Assembly (NCBI GenBank): GCA_044236265.1
Contig: JBIIGV010000001.1
Coordinates: forward strand, 18,509-82,508
DNA: 64,000 nt
Direction of reading: 5' to 3'
From: Oligoflexales bacterium
Lineage (GTDB): Bacteria > Bdellovibrionota_B > Oligoflexia > Oligoflexales > RGVZ01
The notes under the pieces: generated by a model
The model's input: only the letters and a program-made list of their open reading frames with translations
What the model was told of the DNA's origin: nothing
The model's database searches: none
Program-made: the position numbers and the translations under genes
In this document: piece by piece, positions 50,193 through 59,235 of the stretch
Layout of the letters: the number at the start of each line of letters is the position of its first letter
Position numbering within the stretch: the stretch's first letter is position 1

Positions 50193-51428
50193 TTAGCTGA
50201 CCTTTTTCTCGTCAAAAAGATTGATATCGGTCTTCTCAAGAAGCTGAGTCACAAGCTTTTTTGCTGTGACGTCGACCACAGTTAGATTACTTTCAACGCG
50301 GAAGTCCCCAATCGGTATCGACTGGTCTTTAACCAGGCAGGGCTCCAAGTCTGGCAAGTTAAGATTGTGTACCTTTTGCCATGTCTCAGGATGCATGCGT
50401 ACTTTGAAGTCATTGGGCGCAATCGTGTCTTTAATCACCCTCTGAATCATTGTGGCATAAGCCTCAGGTTTAATACTGAACTCACGACCTAAAAGGGCTT
50501 CACCAATAGCTTGGCTAAGCTCGTAAAAATTCTTTTGGACGTTATTGAGAATCAACTCTTTCAGGCCAGAAAATTCATTTAAAATTTCTGAAACTTTGCT
50601 AAAAACTTGAGCTGCGTTTCTTTGGCCTGACAAAAGTCCCTTTTCTTCTCCTTCGCGAAACCCTGCTTGAAAGCCTTCAGCTCTCGCCTGAGTTCTTAGT
50701 TCCTCTAGGAGCTGCTCGTTTTGCTTGGCGATCTGTTGCTTAGACTTCCAGGTTTCGATGGCTTTATCTTCTATAGCTGCTGAGGCCGTATTTTCGGTGG
50801 GTAGAGGCTCAAAAGACTTATCTTGCGCCGAAGCCGTGTTTTCTGCCTGTGAGGGGCTTGGAGGTGCAAACGCTTTGCTTATAGCCGTTGCCATATCTCC
50901 CTCGTTTAAGGTTTTGACTCGGCCGTCTGCATCCTGAGATCTTATAATGTCGGGCGAGCTCGCATGAGCCTGCATCAACGGCTCGCTAAATAACTCCTCA
51001 TCAGAATTATCATCGCCTGGGTTAACTTGATATGAAATGGCCCCCTGACTTCTTGCCCGCAGGCGTGCTTGCTCTAGGATGTCGATTTCGTCGTCATCTT
51101 CAATTCCCATCGCGCGCCTTTTGCTATTCATGCGTTCATTGTGCCAATCTTGCGTAAAGTCAGCAGGAAAAATAACACCCAGCTGGGGTTTATGAACGTC
51201 CTGTACGGTCTCGTTTAACGAAACGTGCTCGCGAACAACTTGCTTCAACTGCCCTGGCTCATGATACCGAGAATGAATGATAGAACCTTGTGCGTTGTCA
51301 AAACTTACAAGTGGATTTGTGGCAATCTGCTCAAAACTAAAGTCGACCATCTGCACCGAAGATAAAATCTTGGTGTCCTTTTTAAGAAGACGTCCTTGCT
51401 TTTTCTGACCATCGGTGTGGATTGCCAT
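50193..51428 (-). CDS. fliH: FliH-family protein with a long N-terminal extension
   Basis: GxxxG repeats AEGFQAGFREGEEKG; VRMHPE; precedes fliI. Confidence 0.8.
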   Translation of the reverse strand: MAIHTDGQKKQGRLLKKDTKILSSVQMVDFSFEQIATNPLVSFDNAQGSIIHSRYHEPGQLKQVVREHVSLNETVQDVHKPQLGVIFPADFTQDWHNERMNSKRRAMGIEDDDEIDILEQARLRARSQGAISYQVNPGDDNSDEELFSEPLMQAHASSPDIIRSQDADGRVKTLNEGDMATAISKAFAPPSPSQAENTASAQDKSFEPLPTENTASAAIEDKAIETWKSKQQIAKQNEQLLEELRTQARAEGFQAGFREGEEKGLLSGQRNAAQVFSKVSEILNEFSGLKELILNNVQKNFYELSQAIGEALLGREFSIKPEAYATMIQRVIKDTIAPNDFKVRMHPETWQKVHNLNLPDLEPCLVKDQSIPIGDFRVESNLTVVDVTAKKLVTQLLEKTDINLFDEKKVS

Positions 51429-51444
51429 ATATGCTTACCTCACA

Positions 51445-53064
51445 TTAGCTAGCGCTCTGATGCGGATTAAGCATCATGCGGATAGCTTCGGTGGTGCGCT
51501 TAGGCTCATGTTTAGCCAGGTACATTATCTGCTCGCGAGGAGTCAGTTTTTCAAACGGGACATCTTCTTTCACTTGGATGTTGTTCGATGCAGTAGCATC
51601 CAAGTCAGTGCGGTACTCCTCAGCCAAGGTTTCATCGGCACGACGCTCTGGATCATAGGATAGCCATCTAAAGTATGGTCTAACTATGAACATGAAAAAC
51701 ATCACGATAGCAAGACCGGCGGCTGCAGATCCAGCAATGGTCGTCAGATATGCCTGATTTTCTTTCTTGGTGTCATTCATAGCCATGGCTTGAACAGGGT
51801 CCATCTGAAACATCATATTGGTGACGGTAACCTCGTCACGACCCTGCTGAAATCCAATAGCTTTGCGAACAATTTCTTCGATCTGTTTCATCTCTTCTGG
51901 AGACCGTGCCTCGAATACGGGTTTGGCGCCGTCCATCGGGACGTCCTGTTTTCCGTCTACCAGAACTGCAGCACTGATGCGCTTAATGTTGCCAACAGGC
52001 ATCGTCTTTTTAGCGACGGTTTTGGAAACATCGTAGTTAATCAATTCGCTTTCTTGCTTGTTTTGGGCTCTGGATGAGTTAGCGGCGACCTGTTCCTGCT
52101 CTCCAGGAATATTTGACTTGCTACCTGGAATACCGGTTGGATTAAGACCAGATCCTTCCATCGAGGAGCCTTGGGTGTTTTTCGACACAACAGCAACCTT
52201 CTCCGGATCAACTTCGCTGATAGTTTGCTCTTCTTGTGTAAAGTCCACTGTTACGTCCACCTTAGCTTCAACGCGTTCTTGCCCTGCGACACGTCCCACC
52301 AATGTGCGAATCTTAGCTTCAAGATCTTTTTCGACGGACTGTTTGTACGTCTGCATTTCCTTGGTCATCTTGGATGCAAACTCTTCGCTTTCAATTTTGG
52401 TTAGCATCTGACCTTCCTGGTCGATGATCGTCACGTTGTTTGGCTTCAAGCCCTCAACAGAGCGGCAGACAACGTGTTGGATGCCCTTGATCTGGCGGTC
52501 ATTGAGTGTGACACCACGCTTTGTCTTCAGGTAGATAGCTGCCGTTGGTTCCTTTTGATCCTCCACAAACAGGCTTTGCTTTGGTGTCACAATATGAACG
52601 CGTGCCGAAGAAATGCCGTCAATTGAGGTGATCGTCCTGGATAGCTCTCCTTGAATCGCTCTTAGTCGGTGAATATTTTGCTCAAACTCCGTCCGAGTGA
52701 AATCTTGTGAGTCAAACTTTTCCCAGCCAACCACGCCGTTGGCTGGTAAACCTTCCTGGGCGAGTTGCATACGTAGTTGAGCGGCTTTTTCAGCGGGGAC
52801 TTTGATGCCCTTAGAATCGAGCTCATAATCCGCAACATTTAGTCGACGGAGCTCCGACAAAATGGCTTGGGTGTCTTCATTTGAAATATCTGTGAAAATA
52901 TATTCATATTTATTGCCATTTTGCAGGAAGAAAACGCTCGACACGGCTGCCAATACAAGTGCCATGGCACCTGCAATCGTGATTTTCCGTGTGAGGCTCA
53001 GAGAAGACCAGAACGTTTGAATCTGGGTCCCTAATTTTCTAAAAAATTCGCCGATGTTATTCAC
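51445..53064 (-). CDS. fliF: Flagellar MS-ring protein FliF
   Basis: RAIQGELSRTI, ARVHIV, EGLKPNNVTIID, NYDVSK. Confidence 0.96.
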   Translation of the reverse strand: MNNIGEFFRKLGTQIQTFWSSLSLTRKITIAGAMALVLAAVSSVFFLQNGNKYEYIFTDISNEDTQAILSELRRLNVADYELDSKGIKVPAEKAAQLRMQLAQEGLPANGVVGWEKFDSQDFTRTEFEQNIHRLRAIQGELSRTITSIDGISSARVHIVTPKQSLFVEDQKEPTAAIYLKTKRGVTLNDRQIKGIQHVVCRSVEGLKPNNVTIIDQEGQMLTKIESEEFASKMTKEMQTYKQSVEKDLEAKIRTLVGRVAGQERVEAKVDVTVDFTQEEQTISEVDPEKVAVVSKNTQGSSMEGSGLNPTGIPGSKSNIPGEQEQVAANSSRAQNKQESELINYDVSKTVAKKTMPVGNIKRISAAVLVDGKQDVPMDGAKPVFEARSPEEMKQIEEIVRKAIGFQQGRDEVTVTNMMFQMDPVQAMAMNDTKKENQAYLTTIAGSAAAGLAIVMFFMFIVRPYFRWLSYDPERRADETLAEEYRTDLDATASNNIQVKEDVPFEKLTPREQIMYLAKHEPKRTTEAIRMMLNPHQSAS

Positions 53065-53108
53065 TCGTTACTCCCGCTTTCGTGGTGTCTTTTCAGGTTA
53101 GGGTGCTA

Positions 53109-53444
53109 TTAAACCGGCATTCGCATCACTTCTTGATAGGCCTCAAGGGCGCGGTTTCTGAGTTGTACCATCAGGTTAAAGCTAATCTCTGCTTGTGTTG
53201 TAGCGATCATCGTTTCATGAAGATTTTCGCTTTTGCCGGAGGCGACTTGCATGGCCATGGCGTCAGCCTTCTTCTGCATTCCATTTACTTCTTCGAATCC
53301 AGATTTCAAATGGTCCATAAAGGAGGTGCCGGACTGCTTGCTGTCACCAACGGTGATATTTGCAGGCTTTCGACTCTCAGATTGAATTTCACGGATTTGT
53401 GCCAAAACTTCCTGAGCTGCGCTTTTTGCAGTAGAAATAGCCAT
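53109..53444 (-). CDS. fliE: Hook-basal body protein FliE
   Basis: LHETMIA...RNRALEAYQEVMRMPV. Confidence 0.96.
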   Translation of the reverse strand: MAISTAKSAAQEVLAQIREIQSESRKPANITVGDSKQSGTSFMDHLKSGFEEVNGMQKKADAMAMQVASGKSENLHETMIATTQAEISFNLMVQLRNRALEAYQEVMRMPV

Positions 53445-53493
53445 GGTGAAATCTCCTTATGAATCTGTTAAATAACCAGAAAACTAAATAGTC

Positions 53494-53931
53494 TTAGCGA
53501 CCAATTTCCAAAGATTTAACTGCCATTTGTTTTGCTTCATTGATTGCTGTCGCATTGGCTTCATAGGCTCTCGTTGCCGTGATCATGTTCACCATTTCAG
53601 TCATGACTTGAATGTTAGGCATTTCAACATAGCCATCAGAGTCGGCATCCGCATGGGTTGGATCATAAACACGACGAGGCTCTTTTGTGTCCTGGTGGAT
53701 ATCGGCGACTTTGACCTCGCTCAGCTGGGCTCCGTGGGTGCCATTGAGAAAATCCTCAAACGGCGATCCTGTGGGATTTGCTGTGAAGACGACGTCGCGG
53801 CGACGATATGGCCCACCTTCGTCTGTTCTTGTTGTATTGGCGTTTGCGAGGTTTGCGCTTAGCGTATTCATTCTTAGACGCTGAGCACTTAGCCCGGAAC
53901 TACTGATGGACATGGACTTAAAAAATCCCAT
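53494..53931 (-). CDS. flgC: Basal-body rod protein FlgC
   Basis: SANLANANTTR, GPYRRR, YDPTHADA, RAYEAN. Confidence 0.97.
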   Translation of the reverse strand: MGFFKSMSISSSGLSAQRLRMNTLSANLANANTTRTDEGGPYRRRDVVFTANPTGSPFEDFLNGTHGAQLSEVKVADIHQDTKEPRRVYDPTHADADSDGYVEMPNIQVMTEMVNMITATRAYEANATAINEAKQMAVKSLEIGR

Positions 53932-53933
53932 AA

Positions 53934-54362
53934 TCAGCGACCTCCATTGATGGCGTAGCGAAGTGTACCAATTTTACGATTCAGTGTTTCGACTGCGGTT
54001 TTAAATAGGATCTGGTTTTGTGCAAGCTGAGCCATTTCAGTGTCCATGTCCACTGTGTTGCCGTCCTCATCTACAGATTCCGTCGGCCGCACGTAAACGT
54101 CTGGCTTGATTGTGCCATCGGTTTGCGTGAAGTTGTTACGCATGTGGCGTGGATCAGAAACTTTCACTGCAATCGGCTCGTTCATTTTCGCAAGATCTTG
54201 CAGCTGCTTTTCAAAATCGTAACCAAATGCACGGTAGCCAGGAGTCTCGGCATTGGCGATGTTGGATGAGATGACCTCAGATCGACGATTTCTCTGATTC
54301 AGAGATTCGATCTGAAGACGGTCGCTGAAATTGAAAAGTCCGCCGATGATGCTACTCATCAC
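53934..54362 (-). CDS. flgB: Basal-body rod protein FlgB
   Basis: SNIANAETPGY, DGNTVDMDTEM. Confidence 0.96.
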   Translation of the reverse strand: MMSSIIGGLFNFSDRLQIESLNQRNRRSEVISSNIANAETPGYRAFGYDFEKQLQDLAKMNEPIAVKVSDPRHMRNNFTQTDGTIKPDVYVRPTESVDEDGNTVDMDTEMAQLAQNQILFKTAVETLNRKIGTLRYAINGGR

Positions 54363-55444
54363 TTGCCTCCGTTGGCTGCCGTCACGTGAAGTCCAAGAGC
54401 GGTAAACTCATTAATTTTATTTCGCAACGTGCGAAGTGAAATATCTAGCGTCCGCGCTGCGTGGGTGCGGTTTCCGTCATGGAACTTAAGGGTTTCAAGA
54501 ATGAACTGTGTCTCTACCTCTGCTAAGGATTTGCCGATGGGCAGTGCTGCAATCCAGTTGTCGGCGCTGATTTCCTGGCCAAGCTCCACAGGGATGTCAC
54601 GTGCAGTGATAATTTGTGCGTTGGCAAGCAGTGCAGTTCTTTGAATCACGTTATTTAGTTCGCGAACGTTGCCTGGCCAGCGGTAGGTCATTAGTTTGTT
54701 AATGGCGTCAGGGGCAAAACTCAGAAGAGCCTTGTTGAATTGGTCACTATACAGAGCCAAAAAATGGTTTGCGAGAAGTTCAATATCGCGTGGGCGGTCG
54801 CGGAGAGCTGGGACTTCGATATTGATGACGTGGAGACGGTAGTAGAGATCTTGGCGGAACTGGCCATTTTCGACGGCGGTAGCAAGATTTCGGTTGGTTG
54901 TAGCGATAATACGAACGTCAACCGGGATTGGCCCGCTTCCGCCTAGTCTTTCAATTTCACGCTCTTGTAATACGCGAAGAAGCTTAGCTTGAAGGGCTGG
55001 TTCCATTTCCGTAACTTCGTCAAGGAGTAGTGTTCCACCTTGGGCTTGCTCAAACTTTCCTGCATGACGCTGGTGAGCACCAGTGAATGCCCCTTTCTCA
55101 TATCCGAAGAGTTCCGCTTCAAGAAGTGATGGGGGAAGGGCTGCGCAGTTTATAGCTACAAAAGTCTTATCACGACGATTTGACGCATTATGAATAGCCT
55201 TAGCGATGATTTCCTTGCCCGCACCACTTTCTCCGGTTACCAGGACAGGAACGTTAGCGTTGGCAATCTGCTCAATGACATCCTGAATACGCAGCATTTT
55301 GTCGTCGGCTGCGAGAAAGTACTTCGCGGCAGCTGGACGGCTACTAGCATTAGCAGTCGCTTGTTGCGCGTAGGAGACATAGTCCTCACGGCTAACAGGA
55401 TTTGGAACTGCCTGTGCTGCGTTCATTGGGCGATTCATGGTCAT
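54359..55444 (-). CDS. sigma54-dependent activator (bEBP) without a receiver domain
   Basis: GESGAGKE, intact GAFTGA, LLDE, WPGNVREL, Fis-type HTH; only about 45 aa before the AAA+ domain. Confidence 0.93.
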   Translation of the reverse strand: MTMNRPMNAAQAVPNPVSREDYVSYAQQATANASSRPAAAKYFLAADDKMLRIQDVIEQIANANVPVLVTGESGAGKEIIAKAIHNASNRRDKTFVAINCAALPPSLLEAELFGYEKGAFTGAHQRHAGKFEQAQGGTLLLDEVTEMEPALQAKLLRVLQEREIERLGGSGPIPVDVRIIATTNRNLATAVENGQFRQDLYYRLHVINIEVPALRDRPRDIELLANHFLALYSDQFNKALLSFAPDAINKLMTYRWPGNVRELNNVIQRTALLANAQIITARDIPVELGQEISADNWIAALPIGKSLAEVETQFILETLKFHDGNRTHAARTLDISLRTLRNKINEFTALGLHVTAANGGK

Positions 55445-55482
55445 GGTTCATCTCCTTCGTCGAGTGTGATTGAGCCTAAGAT

Positions 55483-57840
55483 TTATTTCGTGTCGATTTG
55501 GTTGAGTCTTTCCGATGCCAATTTTGAATAGAAGAGATTTGAAGAATCACTTTTTGCTTTTTCCAAGGCGCTAATCGCTTCCTGCTTTTTGCCGGCTCGG
55601 AAAAGTAACAAACCACCTTTGTAGAGAGACTCAGCGCGTTTTTCTGTCTGAGTCGTAGAGTCGCCGACCAACGTGTAGATCTCGCCCGCCTCCAGGAATT
55701 CGTCTGCCTTGCGGTATTCTTCTGCAAGTTTTGTCAGTTCGGATTCCCACATTTTGGCGGCCTCTTTGTCTTGTTCGAACTGGCTTGGTTTTAGAAATTT
55801 CATTAATTCCATCGACTGTCTGCGCTCTGCGGTCATTCCTAGTTCTGCAAATTTCCGGCCAAGATCATCAAGTAGGCGAACAGTTGATGCCGATGGGCTG
55901 AAATTGCCTAGCCAGTCGGTAGAGGCAGTACCGTTTGTCGCGTTAAGCTTAGGAGAGTTTTTGTTTAGAGCCGTCTTGTACTGCTCAAGGATAATTCTTG
56001 GCGGCGTTCTCAACTTGGCATCTGATGCGACTGCGTCTTGTAATGGATTGCTCAGAGCGGTCATGATCAAAGCCCTCTCGTCACTTTTGAGTTTGGACCA
56101 GGTTTCGTCCATAACGCTGTCGGCTTTCTTGCTCTCGGCGTCCAGCTGCCTAATTGCAGCCTGATTACCCGCAGTAGCCCGCAGTTCGCTAGCTCGCTTG
56201 CTTGCTAATGCGCCTAGCCAGAAACCTGATTTGAATCGATCAACGGCAACATTGGTCGAAGAAGCCTTCTTGTAAAAGTCGATGGCTTTATCTTGCTGGC
56301 CAAGGCTTCTGTAGCTTTCGCCGATCTGCCAAGAGACGACAGGGTCTTTTGCGATGGATTTCATTTCAGATGGTAGTTCAGAGTAGAGCGTCACAACCTC
56401 TACATACTGGTTGGCCGCGAATAGATCGCCAAATTGCTTAGAAATTCGTGTCTTTGCCGCCATAGAGAGCGCATCTCGCTGCTGCTCGACATCAGATCCC
56501 TTGTAGCGTTTGAAAAACCCGGATAGCCATCTGGCATAATCGTTTTGCCAGGATGTTTCTGAGCTTGTAACCTTCTGGGCAATTAAGGCCGACGCGACAT
56601 AGGCTGTGCGCGGATTTTCTACCTTCGGCAGAATCTTAGTTAAGAGAACCTGAGTTTCTTCGGGGCAGACGGGTAGCGCTTTTCGTGAGCTTTGATCGAT
56701 GGCGGCATCATTCCACCAGCTTGATCTGATCGCGATGAGCGCCATGAGTTCTGCACTATCGCGCGCAGCAATGCTTCCAGCTTTTTCCGATAATGTTGCC
56801 AGGTGAGATGGTTGTCCAGCCTGGAGTGCCTTGATCGCTTGAGTATCGAGCTTTCTAAGGCGCGCAAATCGGGCCATCATATGGTCCGGGTGTTTTTCAA
56901 TGAGTGTTTGGTAGTAGCCGTCTGCCAAAGTGATATTGCCTTGGCCGAGGTGAGTCTCAGCAAATTTCCACAGATGAATGGCGTCTTTTTCGAAAACCTC
57001 AGGCTCCTTCTGAAGAACCTGCTGATAAGCAGCTAGTGCTCGGCCCTCGTGGCCGAAGTCGTAAAGTTTTGAGGCATAGTCAGCCATTGCCGACGAGGTC
57101 GTCATGGCCTTTGCTTGTAAATGTGATATCTCAGCTGCCGGTGCTTCTCGGCCTTCGTACGGTGCAAGTTGCATGCGGTAAATATATGGAGGATACGTGC
57201 CCCAAGCTTTTCCTGTGCCCGGAGGAATCTTACTGATCAGGGATTTCAATTCATTGGGAGACGTTAGCTCGGGGGTCTCAGCCTGCATGAGTTTACGTTT
57301 TGGAGTCCCTACAGACTCTTTTTGTTTTAAGTTGGATGGGACCGTTGACGGTGGATTCTGCGTCAGCTTGTGCTCGGCAGCTTCTTTGCTATGCCCCGCA
57401 CCTTGAGATGCAGCAGCGATAGGAAGCCCAGTTTCTGGATCTTGTTGCTCCGCATAGGATTTATCAAATAGATCGATGGCGACCCGAAATGGTTCATTGA
57501 ATGTACTGACGACCGCTCGCACGTCCTTGTCGCGAAGTACAAGTCGGACTTCGCTGCCCTGAGGCCCAAGATCTTTAACGAGAACGCGTCGGACTAGTCT
57601 TTCGTCATAGTCATTGAGGGCTTCAAGCTCAGATGGTGCGCTACTAGGAAAGCGCAAGACCAATGCGTTGTCTGCCTTGACCCATTCGTAGTTAAACGGC
57701 CTTTCACCGGCGAAAGCGATGATCATCTGCGCAAAGCTAGGGCTTACGCTTGGTGTTTTTGCTGCGATAGTCCCCGTTAGCGCGACGGCGCAAAGGAATA
57801 AACCTAACGCGAGCTGGGTACTCCACTTCATTTGGACCAT
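55483..57840 (-). CDS. Exported protein: AMIN-like beta domain, linker and TPR repeats; first gene of the flagellar operon
   Basis: Signal peptide; VSTFNEPFRVAIDLF; TPRs (AETHLGQGNITLADGYY, IGESYRSLGQQDKA). Confidence 0.8.
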   Translation of the reverse strand: MVQMKWSTQLALGLFLCAVALTGTIAAKTPSVSPSFAQMIIAFAGERPFNYEWVKADNALVLRFPSSAPSELEALNDYDERLVRRVLVKDLGPQGSEVRLVLRDKDVRAVVSTFNEPFRVAIDLFDKSYAEQQDPETGLPIAAASQGAGHSKEAAEHKLTQNPPSTVPSNLKQKESVGTPKRKLMQAETPELTSPNELKSLISKIPPGTGKAWGTYPPYIYRMQLAPYEGREAPAAEISHLQAKAMTTSSAMADYASKLYDFGHEGRALAAYQQVLQKEPEVFEKDAIHLWKFAETHLGQGNITLADGYYQTLIEKHPDHMMARFARLRKLDTQAIKALQAGQPSHLATLSEKAGSIAARDSAELMALIAIRSSWWNDAAIDQSSRKALPVCPEETQVLLTKILPKVENPRTAYVASALIAQKVTSSETSWQNDYARWLSGFFKRYKGSDVEQQRDALSMAAKTRISKQFGDLFAANQYVEVVTLYSELPSEMKSIAKDPVVSWQIGESYRSLGQQDKAIDFYKKASSTNVAVDRFKSGFWLGALASKRASELRATAGNQAAIRQLDAESKKADSVMDETWSKLKSDERALIMTALSNPLQDAVASDAKLRTPPRIILEQYKTALNKNSPKLNATNGTASTDWLGNFSPSASTVRLLDDLGRKFAELGMTAERRQSMELMKFLKPSQFEQDKEAAKMWESELTKLAEEYRKADEFLEAGEIYTLVGDSTTQTEKRAESLYKGGLLLFRAGKKQEAISALEKAKSDSSNLFYSKLASERLNQIDTK

Positions 57841-57892
57841 CCTTGGTTCAAGTGTCGATTAAATGGCGATGACATTGATTCAAGGGGAGAGA

Positions 57893-57908
57893 AGCAAATG
57901 CCGTGCCA
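57893..57908 (-). promoter_or_regulatory. sigma54 -24/-12 promoter of the flagellar operon
   Basis: TGGCAC-GGCAT-TTGCT, a perfect consensus match 52 nt upstream of the ATG. Confidence 0.88.
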
Positions 57909-58086
57909 AAGTTTCCGACCGGCAATTTCTTTACCATTTTCCGGATTCTTTTTGCCGAATGGGGTGGCGGAACTTTGGCGTGTTGAAGTCATGGTCCGTC
58001 AAGCTCATGACCGTTGCGCCAATATTTCGACTGTAGTTTCATTGGCTTATCTGTCCCTTGGTATTGTGAAAAAAAAGCCTGAAAAC

Positions 58087-58114
58087 TAAAGTTTTATCGA
58101 GTCCTTGCCGAAGA
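58087..58114 (+). promoter_or_regulatory. sigma28 (FliA) promoter for the PilZ gene
   Basis: TAAAGTTT-N12-GCCGAAGA, 20 nt upstream of ATG 58135. Confidence 0.65.
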
Positions 58115-58134
58115 CTCCTAAGTTGGAGGTTGGG

Positions 58135-58491
58135 ATGACAAGAAGACAACGACGACTCGATCATGCGCCGCGCTACGGAGTAACTCCTCACTGCAGAGGG
58201 CACGGCGTGCATTCTGCAAGTGGCATGCGCTTCGAGTTTCGTGGTGTTGATGTGAGTCATCATGGATTTGGTTGTGTCATGGTTGGCAGCTTTCAAAATC
58301 GCGATACTCTAATTTTGGAAATCGGCGGAGCGCGAATTCCATTTGAAGTGATGTGGGTCGAAAGTCATTTGGGCATTGAAAATACATATCGCGTCGGCTT
58401 GCAGTGTCTTGATAGAATGCTGGACGTGCGAGGACGATTTACATCTCTAGGGTTGGTAACCGTACCGCTCGATGATGAATTTGCGGCGTAA
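58135..58491 (+). CDS. Stand-alone PilZ-domain protein
   Basis: RRLDHAPRY...DVSHHG...EVMW...YRVGL; GGAGGT SD. Confidence 0.75.
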   Translation: MTRRQRRLDHAPRYGVTPHCRGHGVHSASGMRFEFRGVDVSHHGFGCVMVGSFQNRDTLILEIGGARIPFEVMWVESHLGIENTYRVGLQCLDRMLDVRGRFTSLGLVTVPLDDEFAA

Positions 58492-58539
58492 ACGCGTCCT
58501 CGCGGTCTGAAGTAACTTTGACGCGAGGAAAAGCAATTA

Positions 58540-59235
58540 ATGTCAGCTGTCTCTTTGGCTCAAGTGTCTTTTCGATACCGAGCTAGTCTTCCGGACGTGG
58601 TTCAAGTCTCAAAGCTAGATATTGCATCTGGTGAACGCGTTTTTCTTCATGGTCCGAGTGGATCTGGAAAATCAACCTTACTTGCTCTTATTGGCGGGCT
58701 GTATGCGCCGCAGTCTGGGTCCGTAGAGGTGCTTGGCAGTAAGCTCAGTGCAATGAGTCAATCAGAGCGCGATAAATTTAGAGCTCGAGACATTGGTTTC
58801 ATTTTTCAGGTTTTTAATCTGGTCCCTTACCTTGATGTGATCGAAAACGTGGTGCTTCCGATCAAATTCGGGCGACAGGTATCAAAAGGCTTTTCCTCGG
58901 CCAAAGAAGAGGCAAAACATCTACTCAATCAGCTTGGTCTTGGCCCTTATCTTGAAACTGCGGTCACAGAACTGAGTATTGGACAGCAGCAGCGAGTTGC
59001 GGTGGCACGCGCCTTGATCGGCAGTCCCGGGCTGATTATAGCCGATGAGCCCACGTCAGCACTTGATGCTGATGCTAGACAAAGCTTTCTCGACACCTTG
59101 CGCACTCATGTTAAGGCTAGCTCAAGCGCGGTTTTGTTTGTGAGTCATGATAGGTCGTTGGCATCAGCGTTTGATCGTAGTCTTTCTTTAGTTGAAATTA
59201 ACCGTGCGTCATTCCGCGAAGGGGGTGCCGTATGA
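58540..59235 (+). CDS. ABC transporter ATP-binding protein (ZrgB-like)
   Basis: GPSGSGKST, LSIGQQQRVAVARAL, ADEPTSALD, FVSHD. Confidence 0.9.
   Translation: MSAVSLAQVSFRYRASLPDVVQVSKLDIASGERVFLHGPSGSGKSTLLALIGGLYAPQSGSVEVLGSKLSAMSQSERDKFRARDIGFIFQVFNLVPYLDVIENVVLPIKFGRQVSKGFSSAKEEAKHLLNQLGLGPYLETAVTELSIGQQQRVAVARALIGSPGLIIADEPTSALDADARQSFLDTLRTHVKASSSAVLFVSHDRSLASAFDRSLSLVEINRASFREGGAV

Noticed and set aside
50740..51428. FliG-FliH fusion explaining the missing fliG
   Set aside because: The extension lacks FliG motifs such as EHPQ and MFxF and is largely low-complexity
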